Assembly: GCA_030324005.1 (NCBI GenBank)
Contig: JARDVH010000110.1
Location: 19,064,603 to 19,128,602, forward strand
DNA: 64,000 nucleotides
Source: Negaprion brevirostris
Lineage: Eukaryota
Direction: 5' to 3'
Position numbers and translations under genes: made by a program. Below the pieces are notes generated by a model that did no database searches, was not told where the DNA came from, and was given only the letters and a program-made list of their open reading frames with translations. This document shows, in pieces, positions 50,934 through 63,455 of this stretch. The stretch's first letter is position 1, and every line of letters begins with the position of its first letter.

Positions 50934-51599
50934 CAACGCAGAAACCTAATGGTTTTACAGAAATTAGCTGTCAACAAGGCAAGAATATTGTTAATTCTGC
51001 ACATTAGAAGTGCAGATTATCAAATTTACTTATCACTAAAGTGAATTTATGAATGCTGGGTTGGCTACCATTTTAAAAGAAATGCTGAACTATACGAGCG
51101 TGTGCAATTTTATCGGTTGTGATTACATTATTCGTCATTGGAATTCATTGCAGGATCCTTTCTTTCACCAGTCCCAGAGACACCAGTCTTCGCTGTACAA
51201 GATTCTATATTCAAACTCAAAGAACAGCAAAATAAACAATCAGACTCACAAATCTGTGGCCAAGTCAATGCTCACCATTACAACGTAGGTAGTTAAGTAT
51301 GAGCAAGAATGGCAGAATATGTAGAACTGAGCAAATTTGCAAACCATGCAAGAAACTTCAAATGGACGACCTCAAAACTTAAATTTCTTTCCCCCTCGCC
51401 AAGCATATGTCTCGCTATCTTAATTTCTCATATACATTAATCTTTCATCATCTTGGTCAATTTTTGTCTACCCTGCATTCTGTACTTTCTTTATGGTATC
51501 CAAGTGTTGTAACCTGTCCTTGAGAGGTCCTTTCCAACAGTATCATTTAGAATTATTCTCATGTTTCAATCATGGCTCCAATTTATCGGAACTGCCAAT

Positions 51600-53100
51600 C
51601 TCTCGAACAGATCCTCAATTATTTCACTCTTTGACTTTTTATCTTCTGGCTGATTAACTCTTTCACCTTTGTTATTCATGAACAGATATACCAGGATCCC
51701 TCTGTACAGCAGCATTCTTTAGTCTCTCTCCATTCACGTAATATTCTAACTTTTTGTTCCTTCAACTGAAGTGGATAGCTGCACATTTTCCAAAATTATA
51801 TTCCTTCTGCCCACTCATTAAGCCCATGTACACCAGCTTTCAGACTCAACAACTTGTTTACATGGTCAGCAAAATTGGCTTACAATACAGCCCTCATCCA
51901 AATCATTAATATAGTACATAACAGTTAAGGCTCCAGCACTGACCCCTGCTACTTTGTCAACTGAAAATGACCGATTTGGCCTGATGCTGGCCAACAGGAA
52001 ACAACTTTCTACCCATTGTGATATGTTACCTCTAGCACCATGAGTTCTTATCATGTGCAGTGACCTTCACATGACACCTTATCGAGTGCCTTTTTGGAAA
52101 TCTAAACAAAATCTAAATCTGCTATCTCTGCAGCCACTTAAGTTAAGCCACTAGGATGTTGACCATCAAACCTAAGGTACTTTTCGCCCTTTAATCCCAT
52201 TACTTTTCCTGGTACTTGTTTCTCGTGCTTATGTGATTTCTCACTCATTTTTGCCTCCTGCTTGTTCTACTATTCTTGGGATGCTTGTGACTTGACTCTT
52301 AGGACAAATACAAAATGCTTGTTCAAAGTCTGTCATCTTCCAGTCTCATTCTTGAAGGGACCAGTGTTCACTATAGCTACTGTTCCTTTTTATGTATTTG
52401 CACAAACCTGATTTTTTTTTGTTGACACTCCTCGCTAATTTTCTCTCATACTCGCAATTTCTTCCTTTTAAGTCACCCTTTGCTGGTTTCAATTTCTTTT
52501 CCAACCTACTGGACAACTACTCATCATTGCAGCATTGTACATCTATCTTTTAGTTTGATTCCATCCTTAACTTCCTTAAATTAGCCATTTCCTTTTCAAA
52601 GTCATTTTTCCCTTCAACGGAATAAATATCTGTTGGCATTCATGAAATATTTCCTTAAATGTCTGCCCATTTCTCCATTACCTTATCATTTAAGATATTT
52701 TTCTATTCTACTTTAGCCAACTGTTTCTATACCCTTGTAAGCAGCTTTATTTAAGACACTAGTTTCAGGCCCAAATTTTGCAACCACAAACTGAATGTAA
52801 AATTTGATCATGCCTAAAGGATCATTTATTAATTACTTTTGTCTCATCACCAGGTCTAAAATAGCTGTTCCTTGGTTGGTTCCAGAACCAACCAAGGAAC
52901 AGCTTGTTCTGACAAACTGTCCAGAATACCCTATAAACTCATCCTCCAGGCTATCTTTGCCATTTTGATTTGTTCGAACTATACAAGAATTATGATCTCC
53001 CACAATTATTGCTGTACCTTCCTTACAAGCTAACATTTCTTGATTTATACTTTGTCCTACAGTCTGGCTACTTTCTCATTTTCCCACTTTTCCCTTTACT
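51600..53100 (-). mobile_element. Decayed CR1 LINE ORF2 fragments
   Basis: AIIVGD.N and AILDLVM (endonuclease), YINDLDEG (RT) in ORFs 52833-53036 and 51866-52054. Confidence 0.65.
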
Positions 53101-54949
53101 TCATTTACCACAGGAATTTCGGGATAAGGACATTAGCCCAGAAATAACAACAGATTTTTGATTTTTTTTTAACGTGCAAAGGCTGGTACTTGTTTGCAAT
53201 TCCCTTCTGCAAAAGGCAGTCAATGACAAGATAACAAGGGGTATATTTCAGTATTTCGGTACAATGAGCTACGATCTTAACAGTGAGCCAAAGAAGCTCA
53301 AGAAATTTGAAGGACTACTTGTATTGCCAGTTATTCTCTCTCCCCATTAGTTTTTCTTACTGATTCCAAGGTGGGTCTTTTTTTTACTGTCAGAATTTAA
53401 AAAAAACATTTTTATTGTCTTTGCTTACATTGCCTCTTTTCTACCCCTTCCCATCTTCTTTCTCATCCATGTCCCTTCCGCCTTCCTGGACCCTTTATCT
53501 CACTTCGCAAAGACATATTAGGGAGGTGATTCCAAGATTGGTTAGGCCATAGGAAACAATAAGTTGGGATAATGCATAGGGATTCAAACTGGAAGGAAGC
53601 GACTTGGTGTTTCAAGGATTTTGTGTGGCGGTCTCAATTATTCACGAGACTTATAAGTGGTGAAAAACCAGGAACCAAGTCCATCTTTATATCACTAAAA
53701 CATCAGACTCCAGTACAAACCAAAATCAAAAAGGCCAACAACTAGTATTGATAACTAGAAAGATAAAATATAAAAGGGAGAAAATTTTGTTAGTTATACA
53801 AATTCCTAATTAGACCTCATCTGGAGTAGCATATAGTTTTCAGGAGCTGAAGTGGCTCAGGGCATATTCTACNNNNNNNNNNNNNNNNNNNNNNNNNNNN
53901 NNNNNNNNNNNNNNNNNNNNNNNNNNNNNNNNNNNNNNNNNNNNNNNNNNNNNNNNNNNNNNNNNNNNNNNNGAAGACCTCAGATTCAAGTCAGAGTCTA
54001 TAAACTAAGAAATAATCCATCCATTTGCACATGCCAGCAAACAGATAGTAAAAGGGGAGGGTCAACAACAGGAAGGGTATCTGGCTGCAAATCACACACC
54101 AAATCCAAAAATGAGGGTTGACATCAAGTTGATTAGGAGACTTCATGTCACATAGGAAACTGAAAGCAACTAGCCTAGAGTAATGTATAAATCTGGCCAT
54201 CAGAAAAGAAATTGACCTTGGAAGGAATAGATTGACCAGAAAGTTATCATGGCTTCATGGATTCGATTATACACTCTTTTCTGGAATGTAGATCATTAAA
54301 GACGTTTTGATTAGGGTTTATAAAATTTTTGAAACGAATTGAAAGTAGGACAACCCAAGACAAGAAGACAAAGCATTAAATTTGCGTCCAACCATTCAGG
54401 ATATTGTTTAGATGAGATAAATTGGAAGTGTTTCCTTACAAAAAGGAGATAGCGTTCCCTCCCAGAAATAGCAGATTCAAGCCAAGTTAATGCAAAATGT
54501 GATTTTCGTTGCTAGCCAAGAGGATAAATGTATCNNNNNNNNNNNNNNNNNNNNNNNNNNNGGATGGAGGCAAAACAAGATCTCAATCCATATGCTCGGA
54601 CAACTCACTGGCCTACTCCTCCCTCCCCAAAATATTTTCCCTCTGCATCTTTATATCTCCGCCTCTACCCTCACCACAGCTCCCTTACTCCAAGACTAGT
54701 TGCCCCTCAAAACATTCCTCCTCAGCTTCTATTCCCCGGTGCGATTGCTCTCCCCACGTGTGCTGCTGTTAGTCCTCGGATGCTCTCGCAGTCTTATCCG
54801 TTTATTGACTACCACCACCAGAAATCCCTTACTCCTTCCCTCCACTGCTCTTATTCCCCTCCTGCTCGCCTTCTATTCCCATCCATGTTTTTTTTCCTGT
54901 GGTAGTGAGTGATCTTTATTTTTTTCGGGTTCACTCCAAACACCGGTCC

Positions 54950-55560
54950 TGCTGCCAGTTTGGTTGTTTTCTGTGCGGTTTCATTTGCTGCATTTTTTAA
55001 AATCTGCTTCAACACAAAATGGCGCCGACTCGGGCGGCGAAAAATAACAACGGCCCACCCCCTCCCTCCTCGCAAACAGTCCGACATGGAAGCTCTGTCT
55101 CCTCACAAGAGCATCAACCCAGCCAGAAGTGTTTTCCCCGCCGNNNNNNNNNNNNNNNNNNNNNCTGGAGTTGGTCCAGCAGCCCTTTTCCCCTTGCTTT
55201 CTGTCCCATCTCATTTTGCCATTCTCCTCCCGCTTTCTTACCTCCAACAGCGCGTCTTCCACAGCAAATAGCGTGCGCACACGCAGCCTGCTTCTGCCTG
55301 CCACTGCGCATACGCCGCCCCTCAAGCCCGGTTGCTGGCAATGGCACAACACTGCGCGTGCGCCTTACGCTCACGTCCCCTTCCACAAACCTGGCGCGAC
55401 AGTGCACATGAGTTTCACGCCCAGCTGCCGGCAATGCGCATGCGTCTCACACCCCTCCTTCATGCCGGCATCGCCCGGCGATCGATAGGCGTCTCGCCCA
55501 GGCCAGTGAACATTGCCGGCGGCCGTAACCGGGTGCATTAGGCGTCTGCCCATAAGGCAG
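54950..55560 (-). promoter_or_regulatory. CpG-island promoter of MATR3 with NRF1-like, YY1 and CRE-half motifs
   Basis: Only CpG-dense stretch in the window; TGCGCATGCG at ~55435, related GCGC motifs at ~55271, ~55305, ~55353; YY1 CAAAATGGCGCC at 55015-55026; TCACGTC at 55371. Confidence 0.88.
55242..55275 (-). other. MATR3: Candidate non-coding first exon (1a) of MATR3
   Basis: Strong donor GAG|GTAAGA at 55241 immediately downstream of the NRF1-like cluster; 5' end is a guess. Confidence 0.55.
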
Positions 55561-55782
55561 ATTTTCTTCTTTCGGAAACACCAAAGCAGATTTTATTGTG
55601 AATCTTGTCAAAAAGTAGTGTTGCTGTGATTTATTGGAGTCGCAATTTTCTCAAATTCATCTAATTTTGTTGCACTTTAGCATGCAAAGAATTTTAAAAT
55701 GTAACTTTTTAAAAATTATATTTTTGTTGGCATTCTCCTAATTTCAGATTCGCTAAAGTCAACCTGCATTCCTGAGGGAACG

Positions 55783-56090
55783 ATGGTAGTCATGATGTGG
55801 AGATGCCGGCGTTGTTCTGGGGTAAACACAGTAAGAANNNNNNNNNNNNNNNNNNNNNNNNNNNNNNNNNNNNNNNNNNNNNNNNNNNNNNNNNNNNNNN
55901 NNNNNNNNNNNNNNNNNNNNNNNNNNNNNNNNNNNNNATGTGGAGATGCCGGCGTTGTTCTGGGGTAAACACAGTAAGAAGCCTCAACACCAGTTTATTT
56001 GGTAGCAAACGTCACTAGCTTTCCGGGCTTTGCCCTTTCGTTAGTTGAGTGGGCAATTTTGAACCTGGTGTTGTGAGACTTCTTCCTGAG
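55783..56090. mobile_element. Penelope-like terminal-repeat pieces in inverted arrangement, with a gap
   Basis: acagtaagaag.ctca.aacaccag and its reverse complement cctggtgttgtgagacttctt; degenerate hammerhead core CTAACGA-aaGGGC-aaa-GCCC-gGAAA on minus. Confidence 0.6.
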
Positions 56091-56589
56091 GGAATCCAGT
56101 AAAGCTTTATGTTCTCTCTAAGAGCAGAGAATTTCCCCAGTATTCTGGCCAATTTCTAACCAAAAAGATCTTAACTGCTCAAGTAATATTATGAATGTAT
56201 TTCATTCAGTCATGTTAAAACTGAATATAACATAACAATTTAGCAAAATACTGATTAAGGTACGATTTTTACAAAAGCATGAATTGGCGTATACACAAGA
56301 CAATAATAAAACCAAATCATTGCAGATACTGAATCTGAAAGCAAAAGAAAAATGCTGGAAAATCTCAGCAGCTCAAGCAACATCTATAAGGAGAGAAAAG
56401 AGCTGATGTTTCGAGTTCAAATGACCCTTTGTCAAAGCTCCTTTGGCCTCAAGACATTTGGCCTTCAAGCCTGCTCCGTGAATCAATATGACCACGGTTG
56501 ATCCAAATCACCATCTCCATTATCCCGTGTTTAATGCATAATGTTCAGCACCATTCCCAACTCCTTAGACGCTGAAGCAGTCCATGTCT

Positions 56590-57510
56590 AAATGCAGCAA
56601 GTCCTGGACAATATTTAGCTGACAAGGAACATTCAAGTCAAGTCGTATTGGTAATGAAAGCCAGTCATGTACCAAAGGGACCTTTGTTGGATCCCTGTTG
56701 TTTCCTGTGTACATTAATGATTCAGATTTGAATGTGGGAGGTGTAATCAGTAAGTTTGCAGATGACAGGAAAATTACTGATGTGATAAATTGCAAGGAGG
56801 AAAGCCTTAAGTTACAGAATGATATAGATGGGCTGGTTAGGAGGGCAGAATGGTGACAAATGGAATTTAACCCTGAAAAGTGTAAGATGATAGATTTTAG
56901 CAGGACTATCAAAGCTACGAAATACACGATGAACAGTAGGAAACTAGAAAGTACTGACGAATAGAAAGATCTTGGGGTGCATGTCCAAAGATCCCTGAAG
57001 GCAGCAGGGTGGATAGATTAGGTAGTTATGAAGGCATATGGGATTAGCTGAGACATAGAATATAAGAGCAGGGAGGTTACGATTGAACTGTATAAAATGC
57101 TTAATGAACCATAGTTAGTGTCCTGTGTGCAGTTCTGGTCACCATATTATAGGTATGTTTGAGTACTGCCCTCGTCTTTCTAGGTGTTAGGTTTGCAGGT
57201 TTAGGTGATTCCATTCAAGAAGCCTCAGTGATTTGCTGCAATGCATCATGTAAATAGTACACAAGTTTGGCAAATTAAAATCGGCTTAGTGGCAGGAGAA
57301 GAAGGTGATGGTCAACGGTTGTTTTGAGACTGGAAGCCTGTATCCAGTAGTGTACCAAAGGGTCCCTTGCTGTTTTTAGCGTACGTTTAGGATCTAGACA
57401 TGAATGTGGGAGGTGGAGGGTGATGTGATAAATAGCAAGGAGGAAAGCCTTGGATTACAAGATGATGTAGATGAGTTGATCAGATGGGCAGAATAGTGGC
57501 AAATGAAACT
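56590..57510 (+). mobile_element. CR1 LINE RT fragments (two pieces)
   Basis: YINDSDLNVGGVISKFADDRKI, MEFNPEKC, DLGVHV, CVQFWSP. Confidence 0.8.
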
Positions 57511-57759
57511 TGCTCACAACATGCACTGGTGTTGGTCAGAGTGAATGTTTAAGGCAATGGATGAAGTGCTGATCAAACAAACTACTTTGCCCAGGATGGT
57601 GTCAAACTTTGAGTATTGGTGAAGCTGCATTTATCTAGGCAAGGGCAGAGTATTCCATCATACATGTGGCTTGTTTGACATAAGTGGTATTAAGTTTTGG
57701 GGAGTCACTTACCACAGATCTGATTTGTTGCTATTAGCTAATATTGATTACAGTTCCCT

Positions 57760-58750
57760 CCCCTCAGATACTGTCCCTCTCTACTCAAAAGAACAATCCT
57801 TGATCTCTCCATCCTTGCAAACTACTACCCAATCTTCAAGCTCTCTTTCCTCTCTCAAGTCTCCGAATGAGTTCTGTCTTCACAAACTTTTCCCATATTT
57901 CTGCGAACTCCAAGTTTGAATCCCTCCAATCAGGTTTCCACCCCTGCCACAGTACTGAAACGTCTGTTACCAAAGTAAGAAGTGACATTCTATGTAACTG
58001 ACAAAGGTAAACTATTCTCTCATCCTTCTTGACCTTTTGAATTGGTTGACCATACCCTTTCCCTCTAATACCTCCCCATTGTCATCCTGTTGGGTGGGAA
58101 TATTCTTGCCTGGTTCTAGCTTACCTATCAATTCCCATAGCCACGGTTATCTCTGATGTTCCAGGATTCTACCCTTGGCGTCTTAATTCTCAACTGAATG
58201 CTATCGCTTGGCCACATACAAATGACTGCATTACTTTTGACATATATGTTGATGCCAATCACCCCTACCTCAAAACCATCTCTCTAAATTGTCAGATCGC
58301 TTGTCCAACTTCCAGTACTCAACAAGCATAAATTTCCTCCAATTCTCAGGAAAATCTAAGCCATTTTCTTCAGTTCCTGTCACCATACCTCTCCCTATCA
58401 ACTGTCTGATGCTGAATTAAACATTTCACAGCCTTAGTGTCATACCTGACCATGTGATGCACTTCCAACTACATTTCCACCCCAACACTTAAACTCCATG
58501 TTTTCACCTCAACAAGATTGACCAACTCTACTCCTGGCCCAACTCATTTCTGCTGCATTTCATTCATGCCTTTGTTACTTTACTATTCCAATGCACTCGT
58601 AGCTCGTCTCCCACTTTCTATACTCAATAAACCTGAGCTTATTCAAAATTCTGCTGCCCGTATCCTTACTCACACCAAATCCCATTCAAGCCTCAACCCT
58701 GAACTCGCTGACCCATGTTGGCTCCCAGTTAAACAATGCCTTTGTAAGAT
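57760..58750 (+). mobile_element. L2-type LINE RT fragment
   Basis: QSGF...HSTET, YYSNALVA.LP......LIQNSAARILT, WLPV. Confidence 0.7.
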
Positions 58751-59414
58751 TTTGATAAGTTTTGGGGTTGTATGTTGGCCTGAAGTAACATTAATGAATT
58801 TTATCTTAGCCACCTTTTCAAACAGTTCAGTTTGAATTTCTGCTTGTTGGACAATTAACAGTAAAGTCAGCTGTTTGTGAGGAACTGGTTTTGATGACTT
58901 TATTACATCAAAGGTACCAAAATATCTGGGTCCAAGGAATCGTGTATGTTTTAATTATGCTGTAATTAAGGCTTCTTTGTCAGTTTTAAAGGAATAAACA
59001 AATGACCCCTTATATTTTAAAAAAAACATGTATTATTAGGTTTAAGCTTTGACACAGAATCATCCAGACTTGAAACATTAACTCTGTTCTGTCCTCACAG
59101 ATGTTGTCAGACCTGCTGAGATTCTCCATCATTCTGTTTTTTGTATCATGTGATTTAATTGATTAACTATATATATACAGCAGAACTTCTGTATTTTATT
59201 ATAATTATCTGTATTTAGATAATTTAATTAAAAGGGTTTTATACCTCAAAACTTATTCTTTGATTTTAAAATTTTCATCCTTATTTTCAAATCCCCCATG
59301 GTCTCACCCCTTCCTCTGCAATCTCCTCCTGCCCCAGAACCCCCAGTGGTTGTCTAATTCTGCTTCTCTAATTCTGGCCTTTTGAGGATCACCATTCACG
59401 GCTGTCCCTTCAGC

Positions 59415-60090
59415 TGCCAAGCCTTAAGCCCCAGAATAAAAGCAGATAATGTTGGAAGTACTCAGCAGGTCAGGCAGGAGAGAGAAACAGAGTTAATGTT
59501 TCAGGTTGATTACTTTTTAGCAGAACTGGAAAAAGTTAGAGTTGTAATAGGACTTGAGCAAGAGCTGGGTGAGACAAGGACAAAAAGGTCTGTGATTGGA
59601 TTGAAGACAGGAGAGATTGAATAGCAGAGGAGTTGGCCATGCAGGGCCGAAGGGAATGGTGAATGGGCAAGAAAGTAAACTAAAAAGATTGTTTTATATA
59701 AAGATTGCTTAAAACAGGTGCGCTATTACCTGAAAACAAAAATAAGTGAAACTGAAACATACAAAGAAAAGGGAAAAAAAGAGGGAAAGAGTGTTTGATC
59801 TGAAATTGCTGAACTCAATTAAGATTGAAATATGCTACTTCGTTCCCTAAGTTCCTTAAGCTTGTGTTGCACTTCACTGGAACAGTGCAGTGGCCCGAGG
59901 ACAGAGACATCAGCACAAGAGCTAAATGGAGAATTCAAATGACAGGTCATCATAAGCTTGGGGTCATGCCTGCAGTCTGAATGGAGATGTTCCACAAAGT
60001 GATCACCCAATCTGCATTTGGTCTCTGCACTGCAGAGAGGACCACATTTCAAACACACAATATAATAGACTAGATTAAAAGAAGTACTAA
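59415..60090 (-). mobile_element. Penelope-like element remnant (GIY-YIG endonuclease plus terminal repeat)
   Basis: ORF 59819-60058 CLKCG....ETK.RLGD.F.EHL......HLNS....D.SVLG...C....HKL.E matches the Penelope endonuclease pattern. Confidence 0.75.
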
Positions 60091-61057
60091 ACTCTGGAGT
60101 TCCATCTCCAGACCTCGCCAGCTCTATTCCCTGTTTTAAGATACTCCTTAAAGTCTACCGATTTGTTCAAGTTCTGATGAAAAGTCAAAGCATTCGAAAT
60201 GTTAATTCTGCTTTCTTTCCTTTTGGATGCTGCCAAACCTGTTGAGCTTACTGGCATCCTCTGTTCTTGTTTCAGATTCCAGCATCCACAGTATTTTACT
60301 TAGTTTCTCTTTGATCAAGTGTTTGGCCATCTGCCCTAATACTTTCTTATGTTGCTTGGTGACAAGTCTTGTTTAATAATGTTCCTAAGAAGCTCTTGGA
60401 AATTTTACATTCCTAAATGTATAGTATAAATGCAAGGTGTCGTATTGCAAGTCTAAGTGGGGTAAAGAAACAAAGGAATCTCAGAGTGCAAATCCCCCTA
60501 TACTAAATAACTACAACTAAACGTTGGGCCACCCATTANNNNNNNNNNNNNNNNNNNNNNNNNNNNNNNNNNNNNNNNNNNNNNNNNNNNNNNNNNNNNN
60601 NNNNNNNNNNNNNNNNNTAGGGAAGTTATGTTAAACCAGTATATAACCTTCGTTAGATCACACTTTGAGTTCTAACTGCAGTTCCAGTCAAGGATTTACA
60701 AGGATGATACCAGAAATACATGAGTGGACATGTATTTGGTTAAGTCTCTTTTCTCCAGAAAGAAGACAGAATCTTAACACAGATGTTTAAAACAATTAAA
60801 GACTTTGATAAAGTGGATACAGAGAGAATGTTTCAACTTATGAGGAAGAGCAAAAATAGAGGTCATCAATATATGATAGTCACAAAGAAATTCAAAAGGG
60901 AATTCAGAAGAAACGTTTTACCAACAGAGTGTTGAGAATATGGAACTCACCACTACAGGGAGTGATTGAAGTAAATAGTATAGATGCACTTAAGGGAAGG
61001 ATAGTCACACCTATGAGGGAAAAGGGTTACAATGGGCAGGAGAATGGTTACAATTGT

Positions 61058-61500
61058 GGGCAGCTCAGTAGCACAGTGGGTAGCATTGCTGCCTCACAGC
61101 GCCAGGGACCCAAGTTTGATTCCCAGCTTGANNNNNNNNNNNNNNNNNNNNNNNNNNNNNNNNNNNNNNNNNNNNNNNNNNNNNNNNNNNNNNNNNNNNN
61201 NNNNNNNNNNNNNNNNNNNNNNNNNNNNNNNATTCCCAGCTTGAGTCACTGTCTGTGTAGAGTTTGCACATTCTCCTTGTGTCTGCATGGGTTTCCTCCG
61301 GGTGCTCCAGTTTCCTCCCATAGGCCAAAGATGTGCGGGTTAGGTTGACTGGCTGTGCTAAATTGCAACTTTGTGTCAGGGAGACCAGCAGGCTAAATAC
61401 ATGGGGTTACATGGCAATGGGCTGGGAGGGATTGTGGTCAGTGCAGACTTGATGGGCCAAATGACCTCCTTCTGCACTGTAGAATTCCATGATTCTATGA
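61058..61500 (+). mobile_element. V-SINE (HE1-like) split by a 100-N gap, inserted in a decayed CR1
   Basis: Head, V core, gattctatga tail; CR1 sequence on both sides. Confidence 0.8.
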
Positions 61501-61609
61501 ATGATAGATTTAGATGAGGAAAAACAGGAGAGGCATAATTGTTGACATGAACTGGTTGGACCGAATGGTCTAGTTCTGTTCCACATATCCCATATAATCC
61601 AATGCTTTT

Positions 61610-61900
61610 AGTTTATTTATTAGTGTCACAAGTAGGCTTACATTAACACTGCAATAAAGTTATTGTGAAAATCCCCTAGTCACCACACTTCAGTGCCTGT
61701 TGGGTACAGTAAGGAAGAATTTAGCATGGCCAGTGCACCAAACCAGCATGTATTTCACACTGTGGAGGGGAACTAGAGCACCTAGAGGAAATCCACACAG
61801 ACATGAGAAAAACATGCAGACTCCGCACAGCCAATGACCCAAGCCAGGAAGCATCTTTGGCACTGAGGCAGCAGTGCTAACCACTATGCCACCGAGCCAC
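61610..61900 (-). mobile_element. V-SINE variant with alternative tail
   Basis: Same tail as the copies at 12086 and 19706. Confidence 0.75.
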
Positions 61901-63143
61901 CTACAATTGTAACCTTTCTCCTGCCCATTGTAACCGTTGTCCTCGTAGTTCTATCTATCCTTCACTTAAATGCATCTATACTATTTTCTTCAATCGCTCC
62001 CTGTGGTAGTGAGTTCCATATTCTCTACACTCTCTTGGCATAGTGGTTAGCACCACACACAGCCACCGTACTGCAGAGCTTTTAATGCCTCAGCGTCTAT
62101 GTGTTTCTGTTCAATGGTGATGCCCAGAATATTGATAGTGGGAGCTTCAACTCTGATAATGCAATTGAGTGTCAATGGGAGATGCTCAGTCTCTTTTTAT
62201 TAGGGGTAGGTTATTTCATGGGCACTTTTATCTCATCACTGATACTTGACGCTTATCAGCACAAACCTGAATCTATCTAGCTCTTGCTTCATGCAAGGGG
62301 TGGGTTGCTTGATTTTGAGAAATACGGAGCGGAAATTAACACTGCACAATCACCAGTGAGTATCCCACTACCCATGATGGAAAAAAGGTCATTGATGACA
62401 AGCTGAAGATAGTCGGGCTGAGGATACTATCCTAAGGAACTCCTGCAACCGAGTTCTGGTGCTGATAGAATTGGCATAAAACAACCACAACCACCTTCCT
62501 TTGTATTGGACATGATTTGGAACTGTGAAGAAATCCTACCCCAATTCTTTTTAGATACGTTTTTAATAATTGATATAATTCCCATTAAGACCAATAACTT
62601 TTTTAAAGAAAGGAATCCTTACAATGCCACTGGAATGAAAACTGATGGACAAGATTTCACTTCTTAAAACCTTTACTGTAACAAATGAACAAAAATAAAC
62701 ATAATTCAAAAATTAATTAATTGAGACAAATTATATTTTAAATAATAAGGTAAATTTCACAATAGTGGTCATTATGCCTCCTGCAGACACAAATATTCAC
62801 TCATCTCTGGCAAAAGTGCAATACCACATGTAATCTCAAGTCTTTCAAACTCAGCTTCTGGCATATAGGATCTCTCACTTTCCACTCAATGAATTTGGCT
62901 CTTGGTTGCTGGCACTGGCAGCCATATTCTATCTGAGTTCTCAGATACAGTTGACTCCCAAACTGTTCACCCCTGCAGTACTCTCCAGCTAGGTTCACCA
63001 CAGTCTTGATGCACAGAATCCCCAGAGACTCCCTTCTCCAATTGCTTTAAATGATTTGCTTATCTCTGGCAGAACTGAAACAGCAACAATGTGAATATTG
63101 TCCAATCCACAATCCCTACTCTCCCTGTCTTCAGCCCTTTCTT

Positions 63144-63455
63144 ATAGAATCAAAAGGAGGCCATTTGCCCATTGAGTTTGCACTGGCTGTGCAACAGAAC
63201 GTCCCACCCAGGCCATATCCCCGAAACCCCACGCATTTATTCTGCTAACCCGCCTAACCCACACATTCTGGGACACTNNNNNNNNNNNNNNNNNNNNNAT
63301 GCACCTAACCTGAACACCTTTGGACTGTGGGAGGGAACCAGAGCGCCCAGAGGAAACCCATGCAAACACAGGGAAAACATACCCAAGGTGGAAATTGAAC
63401 CCGGTCCCTGGCACTGTGAGAAAGAAATGCTAACCACTATACCACCACGCTGCCC
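63144..63455 (-). mobile_element. V-SINE (HE1-like)
   Basis: gggcagcgtggtggtatagtggttagca head, gggttcaattt B box, V core. Confidence 0.78.

Larger units (their letters stand above)
8510..55275 (-). other. MATR3: Matrin-3 gene locus (approximate TSS to approximate poly(A) site)
   Basis: 14 coding exons join in frame to ~936 aa with the matrin-3 domain order; CpG-island promoter at the right end; AATAAA at 8530-8535. Ends approximate. Confidence 0.93.

Noticed and set aside
54490-55553. Many overlapping ORFs in the CpG island, or a divergent gene
   Set aside because: Expected from high GC content; no recognisable protein and no clear plus-strand exon
55795-55980. Apparent 43-bp direct repeat (also a short one at 61120-61243)
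   Set aside because: Same gap-flank duplication artefact
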